Assembly (NCBI GenBank): GCA_965204455.1
Contig: CBDBEO010000001.1
Span: 6,135-70,134, forward strand
Direction: 5' to 3'
Length of the DNA: 64,000 nt
Source: an uncultured Candidatus Binatia bacterium
GTDB lineage: Bacteria > Desulfobacterota > Binatia > Bin18
The translations under genes were made by a program, and so were the position numbers. Positions 1-9,573 of this stretch are shown piece by piece. Numbering within the stretch: the stretch's first letter is position 1; the number at the start of each line of letters is the position of its first letter. The notes under the pieces are model-generated. The model saw only the letters and a program-made list of their open reading frames with translations, was not told the origin of the DNA and did no database searches.

Positions 1-1023
1 GGCCCAACATCTGGAATCCGCCGCACAGCCCCAGCACCCGGCCGCCGCTTCTGACGTGGGCCATGATGTCATGGTCCCAGCCCTGGGCGCGTAAAAAGGC
101 CAGATCGCCGATGGTCGATTTGGTGCCGAACAGGATCACCACGTCCACGTCGCGCGGAATCGGTCGGCCGGGCGGCACAAAGCTGAAATCGACCTGCGGC
201 TCCAGGCGCAACGGGTCGGCGTCGTCAAAGTTGGCGATGCGGGACAGCAGCGGGGCGGCAATCCGAACCCGTCCGGGCTGCGTCGGGTAGAGCTGGGGCA
301 GCGGCACGGCGTCTTCAGCCGGCAGACGCGAGGCGGCCGCAGTCCAGGGGATGAGGCCAAAGCACGGCCAGCCGGTACGCTGCTCAATGACCGCAATGCC
401 GGCCTCGAACAGGCTCGGTTCGCCCCGAAACTTGTTGACCGCAAAGCCGACGATCAGGGCGCTGTCCGCCGGGTCGAGCACGGCCTGGGTACCGACCAGA
501 GCCGCGATAACGCCCCCGCGATCAATGTCGCCGACCAGACACACCGGGGCCTCGACGTGCCGGGCGAAGCCCATGTTGGCAATATCGCCAGCCCGCAGGT
601 TGACCTCCGCCGGGCTGCCCGCCCCCTCGACGATGACCAGCTCGTGCGCCGCGACGAGCCGGCCGAAGCTGTCCATGACGGCGCCCATCAGGCGCTGGCG
701 GCCGGCCGGGTAGTCTGCGGCGTCCAGGCTGCCGACCGGCCGGCCGTGGACCACGATCTGTGCGCCCCGGTCGGTGTGCGGTTTCAGCAGCACCGGATTA
801 AAATCGGTGTGCGGCGCCAGCCCGGCCGCCCGCGCCTGTACGGCCTGAGCCCGCCCAATCTCTCCGCCGTCGGCACACGCGGCCGCGTTATTAGACATGT
901 TCTGGGGTTTGAAGGGCGCAACGCGCAGCCCCCGCCGCCTGGCGATGCGACACAGACCGGCGACGATAACGGACTTGCCGACATCGGAGCCGGTCCCCTG
1001 GATCATGATGACCTGCGCACTCA
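1..1023 (-). CDS. cobQ: Cobyric acid synthase CobQ (partial). The C-terminal GATase domain runs off the window start.
   Basis: The minus-strand frame reads [28 protein letters not shown]...NMSNNAA near position 1023. Near position 1 it reads ...[14 protein letters not shown], a CobQ/CobB-type glutamine amidotransferase motif. There is no stop inside the window, so it is absent from the ORF track. Confidence 0.75.
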
Positions 1024-1149
1024 TCCCGGCTGTGTCTATCACAGCCTCCGCCTCCCGTCCGCCCCCGCCTGGGGCGACGCTCAGGTGTTGACTGTCGAGA
1101 TCATCCGTGGGGTGCATGGGCGGCGGGTGACGAACGACGAAACGCAAGG

Positions 1150-1680
1150 CTAGGGCAGGTGGGTGCGGACAAAGGTCTGCACGGCCGAGAAGTCGCTCTC
1201 AACCACGGCCCGGTCGGGCAGGCCCTCGATGTCGGTGCGCCGGTCGAGATAGGCGACCAGAGGCCGGCCGTAGTGCAGGGCCAGATCGACCTCACTCGCT
1301 GTTCCAGCCCCGCCGGGCAGGGCGATCACCGCGTTGGCGCTCAGGATATTGATATGGTTGCGTGACAGCGGCGCGGTGCCGCGTTCGCCGCTCAGCGGCA
1401 GGTGGGTGTAAATCGGAATCTCAACCCAGGGGTTGGGGTAGCCCGCTTTTGGTCCGGCCAGCGGGTCATCTGTTGCGCTGGGAATGATGCCGATGACCAG
1501 CCCCCGGCGTCCGACGGTCTCGGCAAACGCCTGGCTGACGGCGGCCATTACTCCGCGGCCGCCGCCGGTCAGCAGGTGTACGCCGGCCCGGGCCAGCCAC
1601 GAGCCGACCCGCCGGGCGCGCACGGCGTGCGGCTGGCTGCCGGAACCCATGACGCCGACAATCGGCAGGCGGGTGACCAC
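1150..1680 (-). CDS. LOG family / TIGR00725-like Rossmann-fold nucleotide-binding protein
   Basis: The C-terminal part of the 1150..1878 ORF carries the ...GGGxGVMxAV... and PGGxGTxxE motifs of the LOG/SLOG family. The N-terminal 66 aa of the track ORF look like non-coding read-through. A GTG start at 1680 follows the TAG stop of the upstream gene. Confidence 0.55.
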   Translation of the reverse strand: MVTRLPIVGVMGSGSQPHAVRARRVGSWLARAGVHLLTGGGRGVMAAVSQAFAETVGRRGLVIGIIPSATDDPLAGPKAGYPNPWVEIPIYTHLPLSGERGTAPLSRNHINILSANAVIALPGGAGTASEVDLALHYGRPLVAYLDRRTDIEGLPDRAVVESDFSAVQTFVRTHLP

Positions 1681-1687
1681 ACGGCAC

Positions 1688-2323
1688 CTAGCGGGGGGTG
1701 TGGCCGTGTTCGGCCAGCCGCTCGCGTACCCGCACGATGCGCTCCGCACCCCAGAACAGCTCGCCGTTGACCACATAGCTGGGCACGCCGAACACGCCGT
1801 CGGCCTCGGCTGCGGCCATGACTTGGTCGTGTTCCTGGCGTCCCTGGCCGTGCAGATAGTCGAGAAATCCTGCGGCATCGAGGCCGACCTCGGTCAGCAC
1901 CCGGCCGATGAGTTCCGGGTTTTCGATGTCGAGTTCGCGCCGCCAGAAGCGTTCATACACCGCATCATGATAGGCCCGGAAGTCGTCCCGGTGTTTGGCG
2001 TACAGCATGCCGATGTGGGCGATAGAACTATCGAAGATTTTCTGTGGGCCGCGAATCACCAGGCCGCGTCGGTTGGCCTCGCGCCGACAGTCCATATAGC
2101 TGTACTTGACCCGTCGCCACTGGTGGGCGTTGCGGTTTTCGCTCAGGACTGTCCCGTCGGCGCCGACCTCGGCCGAACCCAGAAAGCTGGGGATGTGGAG
2201 GGTCAGCGGCAGCCAGTCGACCGTCACGTCAAAATCCCGGGCGAGCTGATACGTCTCGGCCTGGGCCAGGTAGGCGTAGGGGCTTTTGTAATCAAAATAG
2301 TGGGTGATCTTTTCCAGGGCCAC
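1688..2323 (-). CDS. 2-hydroxychromene-2-carboxylate isomerase / DsbA-like thioredoxin-fold protein
   Basis: 211 aa: MALEKITHYFDYKSPYAYLA...FGVPSYVVNGELFWG, a typical HCCA isomerase / DsbA family N- and C-terminus. Confidence 0.7.
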   Translation of the reverse strand: MALEKITHYFDYKSPYAYLAQAETYQLARDFDVTVDWLPLTLHIPSFLGSAEVGADGTVLSENRNAHQWRRVKYSYMDCRREANRRGLVIRGPQKIFDSSIAHIGMLYAKHRDDFRAYHDAVYERFWRRELDIENPELIGRVLTEVGLDAAGFLDYLHGQGRQEHDQVMAAAEADGVFGVPSYVVNGELFWGAERIVRVRERLAEHGHTPR

Positions 2324-2344
2324 GGGTCTTCCTCCGTTCTGCGC

Positions 2345-2857
2345 TTAACCGGCGAACAGGGTGTAGCTCACGCCGGTGAAATGGGTCAGCTCCTGCGGCA
2401 GCAGCAGACGCCGGTCAGGGGCAAACACCCGTCGAGCGATTTCCAGGTTGATGGGGGGAATCTGGTCCAGGGCTTCGATTTCGGCGAGCGTCAGATAAGC
2501 CGCCCGGTCGACCTCGTCGTTGTCGGGCTGCGGCTCGCCGCTGACCGGATGCAGCAGCAGCACGATGTAGATGCTGTTGCCGCTGTCCGGGTCGTAGCGG
2601 TTGCGCAGACCCAGCACGCCCTCGACCGCAGCCACTACCCCGGCCTCTTCCCGGACCTCTCGGATCACCGCCTGTTCGATGGTTTCGTCGGGTTCGACAA
2701 AGCCGCCCGGCACCTGCCAGTTGCCGCGCCCGCGGCGCGAGGCTCGACGGACGAGCAGCAGGCGGTTGTTCCAGGCCACCGCGCCGCCGACGCCGAGGTT
2801 ATAGCCGGTGTTGTATCGCTCGGGGAGTGCCATACGCGTGAGGCGCCAGCTTGTCAC
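2345..2857 (-). CDS. NUDIX hydrolase
   Basis: A Nudix box, GGFVEPDETIEQAVIREVREEAGV, is present. The start may instead be the internal Met (MALPERY) at about 2833. Confidence 0.75.
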   Translation of the reverse strand: MTSWRLTRMALPERYNTGYNLGVGGAVAWNNRLLLVRRASRRGRGNWQVPGGFVEPDETIEQAVIREVREEAGVVAAVEGVLGLRNRYDPDSGNSIYIVLLLHPVSGEPQPDNDEVDRAAYLTLAEIEALDQIPPINLEIARRVFAPDRRLLLPQELTHFTGVSYTLFAG

Positions 2858-2872
2858 TTGCCGGCCGGCTTT

Positions 2873-3078
2873 GCAAGTTGAGACGCGGTCAGGATTGACA
2901 CCGGCGCGCGTCTCGGACCATAGCCGTGTAGGTCGGGTGAGCCGTAGGCGTAACCCGACAGCCCGTCCGTGTCGGATTACGCTTCGCTAATCCGACCTAC
3001 TACAGCCTAACGTAAAACGCGCTGAGCCCAAGCCGAGACGCGGTCAGGATTGACACCGGCGCGCGTCTCGGACCATAG
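2873..3078. repeat. Composite REP/BIME-like element: two 44-bp direct repeats (2880-2923 and 3035-3078) flank two inverted REP-like palindromes (2928-2959 and 2971-3000).
   Basis: Read directly from the sequence. The unit gagacgcggtcaggattgacaccggcgcgcgtctcggaccatag occurs twice, and each copy holds an 8-bp inverted repeat, gagacgcg...cgcgtctc. Between them sit gtaggtcgggtgagccgtaggcgtaacccgac and gtcggattacgcttcgctaatccgacctac, which follow the gtagg-stem-loop-stem form of enterobacterial REP elements. It lies in the divergent intergenic region between the NUDIX gene and the enoyl-CoA hydratase gene. Confidence 0.7.
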
Positions 3079-3108
3079 TGAGCAGCGCTGAGAAACAGGA
3101 GAACAGGC

Positions 3109-3894
3109 ATGCAGAACAACGCGGTGTATCTGGAAACCCGGGGCGAAATAGCCAGCCTGGTGCTGAACCGCCCGGACAAGCTGAACGCGCTCAACTCCGA
3201 GGTCCTGGAGCGCATCAAGGCCGCCACGGCCGAGGTGGCCGACAATCCCGAGATCAAGGTCATGATCGTGCGCGGAGCCACGGCCAAGGTGTTCTCGTCC
3301 GGGGCGGATATCAGCGAGTTCCCCAAGGTTCACGCCACGCCCGAGTCGCGCGAGCGATTTAACGATCTGTTCCGCTCGACCCTGGACGGCATCACCGGGC
3401 TGGAGAAACCGGTCATTGCCATGATCGCCGGCTATTGCTTTGGCGGGGGCTGCGCCCTGGCCCTGGCCTGCGACGTGCGCTACGCCGACCACACCGCCCG
3501 GTTCTGCATTCCGCCGGCCAGGCTCGGCGTGGCCTACACCCTGCACGAAACCAAACGCCTGGTCGATCTGGTCGGCCCGTCAAAAGCCAAGGAAATGCTG
3601 ATGGGGGCCAAGGTGCTGAACGCCGAAGAGGCCCTGACCTGGGGTCTGGCCACCCGGCTGTTTGACCCCGAGACCCTGGCCGACGAGACCTGGGCCTTTG
3701 CCCACGAGCTGTGTCGTCTGTCGCAGTTCACGATTCGGGCGGTCAAGACGACCGTCCGGGAAATCGTCGCCGGCGCCCAGGACGACACGCCGGCGAGCCG
3801 GGCGCTGCGCGCCCAGACGTTTGAGAACCCGGACTATTTCGAGGGCCGGGACGCCTTTCTGCAGAAGCGCAAACCCCAGTTCCGGTATCGCTGA
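3109..3894 (+). CDS. Enoyl-CoA hydratase/isomerase (crotonase family)
   Basis: 261 aa: ...VLNRPDKLNALN...FSSGADISEF...AMIAGYCFGGGCALALACD..., the crotonase fold signature. Confidence 0.85.
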   Translation: MQNNAVYLETRGEIASLVLNRPDKLNALNSEVLERIKAATAEVADNPEIKVMIVRGATAKVFSSGADISEFPKVHATPESRERFNDLFRSTLDGITGLEKPVIAMIAGYCFGGGCALALACDVRYADHTARFCIPPARLGVAYTLHETKRLVDLVGPSKAKEMLMGAKVLNAEEALTWGLATRLFDPETLADETWAFAHELCRLSQFTIRAVKTTVREIVAGAQDDTPASRALRAQTFENPDYFEGRDAFLQKRKPQFRYR

Positions 3895-3905
3895 AACCCC
3901 GTGTT

Positions 3906-4823
3906 CTACAGCGCCTTGACCTGGGCGTAGTCGCCGACCGGGATGCCAAACGCCTCGGCCTGGTGAATCAGGTCCAGGGCGTTTCGGACGTGGGCGTAGT
4001 CAATCATCATGCCGTCATAGGTCACGGCCGCCCGGCCGGCCTGCTCGGCCTCGGCCATGGCCTGTAAGATGCCCTTGTTCCACTCGATCTCCTCAGCCGA
4101 CGGGGCAAACACCTCGTTGGCCAGCGGCACGGCCGACGGGTGGATCAGCAGGGCGCCGCGGAACCCGATTTCCCGGGCGCGCCTGAGCTGCGCCTTGACC
4201 AGCTCGGTATCGCCGACCTCCAGCGAGCCGACGCCGAGCGGGTACTCAAAACCGGCCGCCCGACACGCCAGCAGGACGTGCGAGCCCATGTACAGGCTCT
4301 CCAGCCCCTCACGGGTCCACTGGAAACCGACCGCCTTGGTGACATCGCCCGAGCGCTGGCCAACGCCGCCGATCACGGCTCCGACGCGGGGACAGGCCGA
4401 GGCCAGCTCGTAGGCGTTCATAATCCCTTTGGCCGTCTCCGGGATGGCCATGATTTCGACCGTGCCGAGGTCCAGGCCGGCCTTGCGCTCGAACAGCTCG
4501 ATCCAGGCGTCGATTTTGCGGATCTCGTCTGCGTTTTCGAGCTTGGGAATGGCAATGCCGTCGAGCCCGGCGGTGACAATGGCTTCCACGTCCTCGCCCG
4601 TCAGACCGGTATCCAGCCCGTTGACCCGGACAAAGACGCCGACCGCGTTGTCCCGCAGGCGCTCAATGCCGGCCCGCACAATCGGACGCGCCTGGATCTT
4701 TTCGGCAATCGGTACGGCGTCTTCGAGATCAATGATCAGCGCGTCCGGCCCGTATTTAGGCGCCTTGTCAATCCAGTCCGGGCGATTGCCGGGAACAAAC
4801 AGAACCGAGCGGTACAGTTTCAT
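3906..4823 (-). CDS. HpcH/HpaI aldolase / citrate lyase beta subunit (CitE)-like acyl-CoA lyase
   Basis: 305 aa with a CitE / malyl-CoA lyase-like pattern: ...VPGNRPDWIDKA...DALIIDLEDAV... Confidence 0.75.
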   Translation of the reverse strand: MKLYRSVLFVPGNRPDWIDKAPKYGPDALIIDLEDAVPIAEKIQARPIVRAGIERLRDNAVGVFVRVNGLDTGLTGEDVEAIVTAGLDGIAIPKLENADEIRKIDAWIELFERKAGLDLGTVEIMAIPETAKGIMNAYELASACPRVGAVIGGVGQRSGDVTKAVGFQWTREGLESLYMGSHVLLACRAAGFEYPLGVGSLEVGDTELVKAQLRRAREIGFRGALLIHPSAVPLANEVFAPSAEEIEWNKGILQAMAEAEQAGRAAVTYDGMMIDYAHVRNALDLIHQAEAFGIPVGDYAQVKAL

Positions 4824-4906
4824 GGGCGTTCTCCTCCGTAGACGTGTAGAGATGTGATGGCTGCCAGCATTGGCCGATTCTTCGTTCAGGTCAAGAATCC
4901 CGGCTC

Positions 4907-6496
4907 TCAGGCAGCGCGGTCGGGGTGCGGCTCGGCCCGAAAATAGTCCACAATCGCCCGGCTGAACGCCGCAATCGTATACTCCTGGGGCTGGATGCTG
5001 ACGCGCAGTCCATAGCTGCGGGCCGTCTCGGCCGTGATCGGCCCGATGCAGCCGAGCGCCGTCGTGCCGAGCAGGGCCGGAATATCCTGGTCAGCAATCT
5101 GGTCGGCGTCTTGGTCGGCATCCTGGTCAGCAGTCTGGTCAGCATCCTGGTCGGCAAAGGCGGCCATGAAATTGTGGACCGTGCTGGAGCTGGTGAAGGT
5201 GATCAGATCGATCTGACCGGCTCGCAGCAGGCGGCGCAGCTCTGCGGTCCGGGTGGTGGGACGAACGGTCTGGTACACCCCGATCTCATTGACCTCGGCG
5301 CCGGCGGCGCGCAGGGCTTCGGGCAGGATGTCCCGCGCCTGGGTCGCCCGCGGCAGGAGAATCCGCTGGCCGGCGACCTCCCCGAGTACGGGCAGCAGGG
5401 CTTCGGCGCGGTACTCCGTCGGCACGGCTTCGACCCGCAGGTGGCGGGCTTCCAGGGCGCGGGCCGTCTCCGGGCCGATCGCCGCCAGGCGCACCCCGGC
5501 CAGACTGCGGATGTCGAGTCGGCGCTCGGCCAGGCGCTCAAAGATGTAGAGCACGCCGTTGACGCTGGTAAAAACCGCCCAGTCATAGCTCGGCAGCGCG
5601 TCCAGGGCCGCGTCCAGCCGGTCGGAGGCGGCGACCGGCACGGTTTCAATCGTTGGAAACTGGACCACGGCCGCGCCGTGCTGTTCGAGCCGCTCGACAA
5701 AGCCGCCGGCCTGCCGACGCGGTCGGGTGACCACGATACGCCGACCGAACAGCGGCTTGGTCTCAAACCAGCGCAGCTGTTGGCGCAGCTCGACCACCCG
5801 GCCGACAACCGCCACCGCCGGCGGCTCAAACCCCCGCTGCTCAACCAGATCGGCAATCGTCTCGACCGTGCCGACCAACACGTCCTGATCGGGCCGCGTG
5901 CCCCACCGAACCAGGGCCACCGGCGTGTGGCCGGACAGCCCGTGGCGCACCAAACGCTGCATATTGTTGCGCAGCTGACGGGTGCCCATGAGGAACACCA
6001 GGGTGCCGCCTACCCCGGCCAGGGTGGCCCAGTTGAGGTGCGGGGCGGTGTCCCAGACTTCTTTATGGCCGGTCACAATCGCCACCGCAGACGCGTGGTC
6101 ACGGTGGGTGAGTGGAATCCCGGCATAGGCCGGAACCGCCAGGGCCGAAGTGACGCCCGGCACAATCTCAAACGCAAGACCGGCCTCGACCAGTTCCTGG
6201 GCTTCTTCGCCGCCCCGCCCGAACAGAAACGGGTCGCCGCCCTTGAGCCGGACGACGGTCTGGCCCTGGCGAGCGCGATCCACAATCAGCCGGTTGATAT
6301 CGGCCTGGCTCATGCTCGGGCTGCCGCTGCGCTTGCCGGCGTAGATCAGCTCGGCCTGGGGACGGGCGTGGGCCAGGATGCGCTGATCGACCAGATAGTC
6401 GTACACCACGACATCGGCCTGTTCGAGACAGCGCTTGGCCTTGAGGGTCAGCAGCCCCGGGTCGCCGGGACCCGCGCCAACAAGATACACCGGCAT
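4907..6496 (-). CDS. cobA: Uroporphyrinogen-III C-methyltransferase fused to uroporphyrinogen-III synthase (CobA-HemD fusion)
   Basis: N-terminus MPVYLVGAGPGDPGLLTLKA...GGDPFLFGRGGEE matches CobA/CysG methyltransferase. The C-terminal half, RRIVVTRPRRQ...LITFTSSSTV...GCIGPITAE, matches HemD. Confidence 0.85.
   Translation of the reverse strand: MPVYLVGAGPGDPGLLTLKAKRCLEQADVVVYDYLVDQRILAHARPQAELIYAGKRSGSPSMSQADINRLIVDRARQGQTVVRLKGGDPFLFGRGGEEAQELVEAGLAFEIVPGVTSALAVPAYAGIPLTHRDHASAVAIVTGHKEVWDTAPHLNWATLAGVGGTLVFLMGTRQLRNNMQRLVRHGLSGHTPVALVRWGTRPDQDVLVGTVETIADLVEQRGFEPPAVAVVGRVVELRQQLRWFETKPLFGRRIVVTRPRRQAGGFVERLEQHGAAVVQFPTIETVPVAASDRLDAALDALPSYDWAVFTSVNGVLYIFERLAERRLDIRSLAGVRLAAIGPETARALEARHLRVEAVPTEYRAEALLPVLGEVAGQRILLPRATQARDILPEALRAAGAEVNEIGVYQTVRPTTRTAELRRLLRAGQIDLITFTSSSTVHNFMAAFADQDADQTADQDADQDADQIADQDIPALLGTTALGCIGPITAETARSYGLRVSIQPQEYTIAAFSRAIVDYFRAEPHPDRAA
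5084..5155. repeat. Six copies of an imperfect 12-bp in-frame tandem repeat inside cobA-hemD, encoding an (A/D)DQD low-complexity insert
   Basis: atcctggtcagc / aatctggtcggc / gtcttggtcggc / atcctggtcagc / agtctggtcagc / atcctggtcggc. On the minus strand it translates to FADQDADQTADQDADQDADQIADQD within the HemD domain. Confidence 0.8.
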
Positions 6497-6501
6497 ACGG
6501 C

Positions 6502-7431
6502 TCAGACCTCTGTCGCTTCCAGGCCGGCCAGGATCTCCCGGCCGCCCCGGTCCAGCAGCAGGGCGGCCGTCTCGGTCCCGATCTGGCCGGCCGTTTCGGT
6601 CGGACCGCTACGCTCGTGGCGCAGCAGGCGTTTGCCGTCCGGGCTGGCAACCAGGGCGGCCAGGCGCAGGCTGCCGTTGGCGATTGTGGCCCTGGCCGCC
6701 AGGGGCGTGCGGCAGCTGCCGCCCATGCCGCTCAGAAAGGCGCGCTCGGCCTCGACCGCCCAGGCGGTTTCGGGGTGGTGCAGGGGGGCGAGCAGGGCGG
6801 CGACCTCGTCGCCAGTCCGAATTTCAATCCCCAGCGCACCCTGGCCGATGGCCGGCAGAAATTCCTCGGCGTCGAGCGGAACGCCGTTCTTCAGACTCAG
6901 GCTCAGCCGTTTGAGCCCGGCCGCAGCCAGAATGGTGGCGTCCACCCGGCCTTCGAGCTGGCGGCGCAGACGGGTTTCCACATTGCCCCGCAGGACTTCG
7001 ATCCGCAGGTCGGGGCGCAGGTGCAGGAGCAGGGCCTGACGGCGCAGGCTGCTGGTGCCGACGCGGGTGGCCTCGGGCAGGTCGGCCAGCGACGAGCCGC
7101 CAGCCGAGATGAGTACGTCGCGGGGATCTTCGCGTTCGGGGATGGTGCTCAGGCGGAGTCCGGGCGGCAGCTCGGCCGGCAGGTCTTTCACCGAGTGGAC
7201 GGCCAGATCGACTGTGCCGGCCAGCAGCGCCTGCTCGATTTCTTTGACAAACAAGCCCTTGCCGCCAATCCGGGCCAGCGAGACGTGCTGGATTCTGTCT
7301 CCCGAGGTGCTTATCGGCACGAGTTCGACCCGCAAATCCGGCCAGTGGGCTTCGAGCCGCTTTTTGACCCAGCCGGCCTGCCAGACGGCCAGGGTACTGC
7401 CACGGGTGCCAATCCGAACGGTGCGTTTCAT
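6502..7431 (-). CDS. hemC: Hydroxymethylbilane synthase (porphobilinogen deaminase)
   Basis: 309 aa: MKRTVRIGTRGSTLAVWQA...GGKGLFVKEIEQALL... Confidence 0.9.
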   Translation of the reverse strand: MKRTVRIGTRGSTLAVWQAGWVKKRLEAHWPDLRVELVPISTSGDRIQHVSLARIGGKGLFVKEIEQALLAGTVDLAVHSVKDLPAELPPGLRLSTIPEREDPRDVLISAGGSSLADLPEATRVGTSSLRRQALLLHLRPDLRIEVLRGNVETRLRRQLEGRVDATILAAAGLKRLSLSLKNGVPLDAEEFLPAIGQGALGIEIRTGDEVAALLAPLHHPETAWAVEAERAFLSGMGGSCRTPLAARATIANGSLRLAALVASPDGKRLLRHERSGPTETAGQIGTETAALLLDRGGREILAGLEATEV

Positions 7432-7463
7432 GGACTCAGTCCTGTTGAATCAGTTTTGTTGGG

Positions 7464-8738
7464 TCAGTCCTGGTCGTCATCCAAGCCGAACATCTGCCGC
7501 ACTGCGGTTACACTGGTCGCACCGTCCTCGGCGTTCCCGTTCCGGGTGCGGTGTTTCAGATAGCCGATTGGCGGGTGGAGCAGTTTGTTCATCAAGGACG
7601 CACTCAGCCCCTCAATTGCCCGGCGCGTTTCGGGCGAGCAGTCTTTGAGCCCGGCCAGGGTTTTTTCGACCTCGCGCTGGCGCACGGCCTCGGCTTTCTG
7701 GCGCAGGGCGACAATGGTTGGACTGATGTCTCGACTGGCGTACCACTGCCAGAAGGCCTCGACTTCCTGACTGACAATGGCCTCGGCTTTGCGCGCCTCA
7801 AGCGCTCGCTCGCCCTGATGGTCGGCGACGATCTGTTCGAGGTCGTCAATATCGTACACAAACACATTCTCAAGGTCGTTGAGGCGGGGGTCGAAATTGC
7901 GCGGCACGCCGAGGTCAATCAGAAACATGGGCCGCCGTTTGCGCTCCTGCAGGGCTTCGTGAACACGCTCCGGGGTGAGGTGATAGGCGCTGCCCCCGGC
8001 CGAGCCAATCACCACATCGGCCAGGTGCAGCTGCCGGGGGAATTGCTCGAACGGCACGACGGTCCCGGCGCAGGTACTGGCCAGCTCGACCGCCCGCTGG
8101 AAGGTCCGGTTGGTGATGAGCAGGGTACCGATGGCCCTGGCCCGAAGCTGGCGGATGGCCTGCTGGCTCATCTCTCCCACGCCAATGACCATGGCGGTCT
8201 TGTCGGTCAGCTGGTCAAAAATCCGACACGCCAGCTCGACCGCCACCGAGCTGACCGAGACGGGTTTGGCCGCAATGGCGGTTTCGCTCCGCACCCGCTT
8301 GGCGACCGAGAAGGCCTTGTGGAACCAGCGGTGGAGCACCGTTCCCAGCGTGCCGAGCGAGGCCGAGGCGGTATACGCGTCTTTGATCTGTCCCAGGATC
8401 TGGGGTTCGCCCACGACCAGGGAATCGAGGCTGGAGGCGACGCGGAACACGTGTCTGACCGCCTGTCTGTCGGTATGGGTGTACAGGTGGGCTTCAAACA
8501 GCTGGAGCGGCAGGCCCTGCTCCTGGGCCAGAAAGGTTTTGATGTGGCGGCTGGCCTGTGGCGGATCGTGAGCCCAGGCCACGACTTCGACCCGGTTGCA
8601 GGTCGAGATGATCGCGCCTTCCTGGATGCCGGGCGCCTCGACCAGGCGGGGCAGGGCGTGGTGCAGCATGCCGTCGCTGAAGGCCAGCTTCTCGCGCACC
8701 TCGACCGGCGTCGTATGGTGGTTGAGGCCAACGATCAT
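7464..8738 (-). CDS. hemA: Glutamyl-tRNA reductase
   Basis: ...MIVGLNHHTTPVEVREKLAF...ISTCNRVEVV... is a conserved HemA N-terminus. The likely start is the internal Met at 8738 rather than the track start at 8825. Confidence 0.9.
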   Translation of the reverse strand: MIVGLNHHTTPVEVREKLAFSDGMLHHALPRLVEAPGIQEGAIISTCNRVEVVAWAHDPPQASRHIKTFLAQEQGLPLQLFEAHLYTHTDRQAVRHVFRVASSLDSLVVGEPQILGQIKDAYTASASLGTLGTVLHRWFHKAFSVAKRVRSETAIAAKPVSVSSVAVELACRIFDQLTDKTAMVIGVGEMSQQAIRQLRARAIGTLLITNRTFQRAVELASTCAGTVVPFEQFPRQLHLADVVIGSAGGSAYHLTPERVHEALQERKRRPMFLIDLGVPRNFDPRLNDLENVFVYDIDDLEQIVADHQGERALEARKAEAIVSQEVEAFWQWYASRDISPTIVALRQKAEAVRQREVEKTLAGLKDCSPETRRAIEGLSASLMNKLLHPPIGYLKHRTRNGNAEDGATSVTAVRQMFGLDDDQD

Positions 8739-8754
8739 CAGGCTGGGGTCCGGC

Positions 8755-9570
8755 TTAGCCAAATTCGCCTCCATGCCGACCCGGCAAGAACCGCACGCCC
8801 AGGAACGAGACCGCGAGCACGGCAAAACACACGATGGTCAGGGTCGCGGCGCGGCGTCCGCGCCAGCCGACGCTGCGATAGTGGAGCAGGAAGGCGTACA
8901 GGATCCAGCTGACCAGAGACAGGACCGGCCGCGGCTCCCAGATCCAAAAATGGCCCCAAGCGTGGCGAGCCCACACCGCGCCGCTGACAATGCCCAGGGT
9001 CAGCAGCGGGAAGCCCCACGACAGGGAGCGATAGTTCAGCTTGTCGAGGGTCTCCAGCGAGGGCAGGTGGCGCAGCACCCCGCCGATTTTTTTGCCCTTG
9101 AGCCGTTTTTCCTGAAACACATAGATCAGGCTGGCGAAGAAGGCGACGCAGAACACGGCGTTGCCCAAAAAGGCGAGCGTCACGTGGACCGGCAGCCAAC
9201 CGCTCTGCAGGGCCGGCGGCAGGGCCCGCGCCTGGGTATACAAGACAAACACGCCTAAGGTCAGGATGAAGCCAATCGGACTGACCACCGCCCCCAACAC
9301 GGTCAGGGACGAGCGCCACTGGACCAGCAGGAACAGGCCGCTGGTCATCCAGGTGAGGAAGGACACCGCCTCATACGGGTTGGTGACCGCAATGTAGCCG
9401 ACCGACAGCGAACGGACCATAATCGCCCCGCCGTGGGCGGCGCAGGCGACCAGCAGCAGGCCGGGCGCGAGGCGGCCAAAGAGCTGCTGGGGCGACACCA
9501 GGGCGAGCAGAAAACCCACCGTGCTCAGCAGATAGAAGACGAGGGCCGATGTCAGCAGGACAATTTCCAC
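8755..9570 (-). CDS. Cytochrome c assembly protein CcsA/ResC family (HemX-like; hemA-associated)
   Basis: 271-aa polytopic membrane protein with a W-rich CcsA-like region (...WARHAWGHFWIWEPRP...). It sits upstream of hemA, as in Bacillus hemAXCDBL. Confidence 0.7.
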   Translation of the reverse strand: MEIVLLTSALVFYLLSTVGFLLALVSPQQLFGRLAPGLLLVACAAHGGAIMVRSLSVGYIAVTNPYEAVSFLTWMTSGLFLLVQWRSSLTVLGAVVSPIGFILTLGVFVLYTQARALPPALQSGWLPVHVTLAFLGNAVFCVAFFASLIYVFQEKRLKGKKIGGVLRHLPSLETLDKLNYRSLSWGFPLLTLGIVSGAVWARHAWGHFWIWEPRPVLSLVSWILYAFLLHYRSVGWRGRRAATLTIVCFAVLAVSFLGVRFLPGRHGGEFG

Positions 9571-9573
9571 CGG

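Noticed and set aside
1484-2881. 465-aa + strand ORF
   Set aside because: It is antisense to the LOG, DsbA-like and NUDIX genes, and has no recognisable motifs.
3000-3546. Overlapping - strand ORFs (108 and 179 aa) across the REP/BIME region and the 5' end of the enoyl-CoA hydratase gene
   Set aside because: They are driven by the palindromic repeats and the antisense of a real gene, and are not coding.
4925-7039. 704-aa + strand ORF
   Set aside because: It is antisense to the well-supported cobA-hemD and hemC genes. It is Arg/Gly/Ala-rich with no domain pattern, and is a typical high-GC read-through artefact.
7551-8912. 453-aa + strand ORF
   Set aside because: It is antisense to hemA, a compositional artefact.
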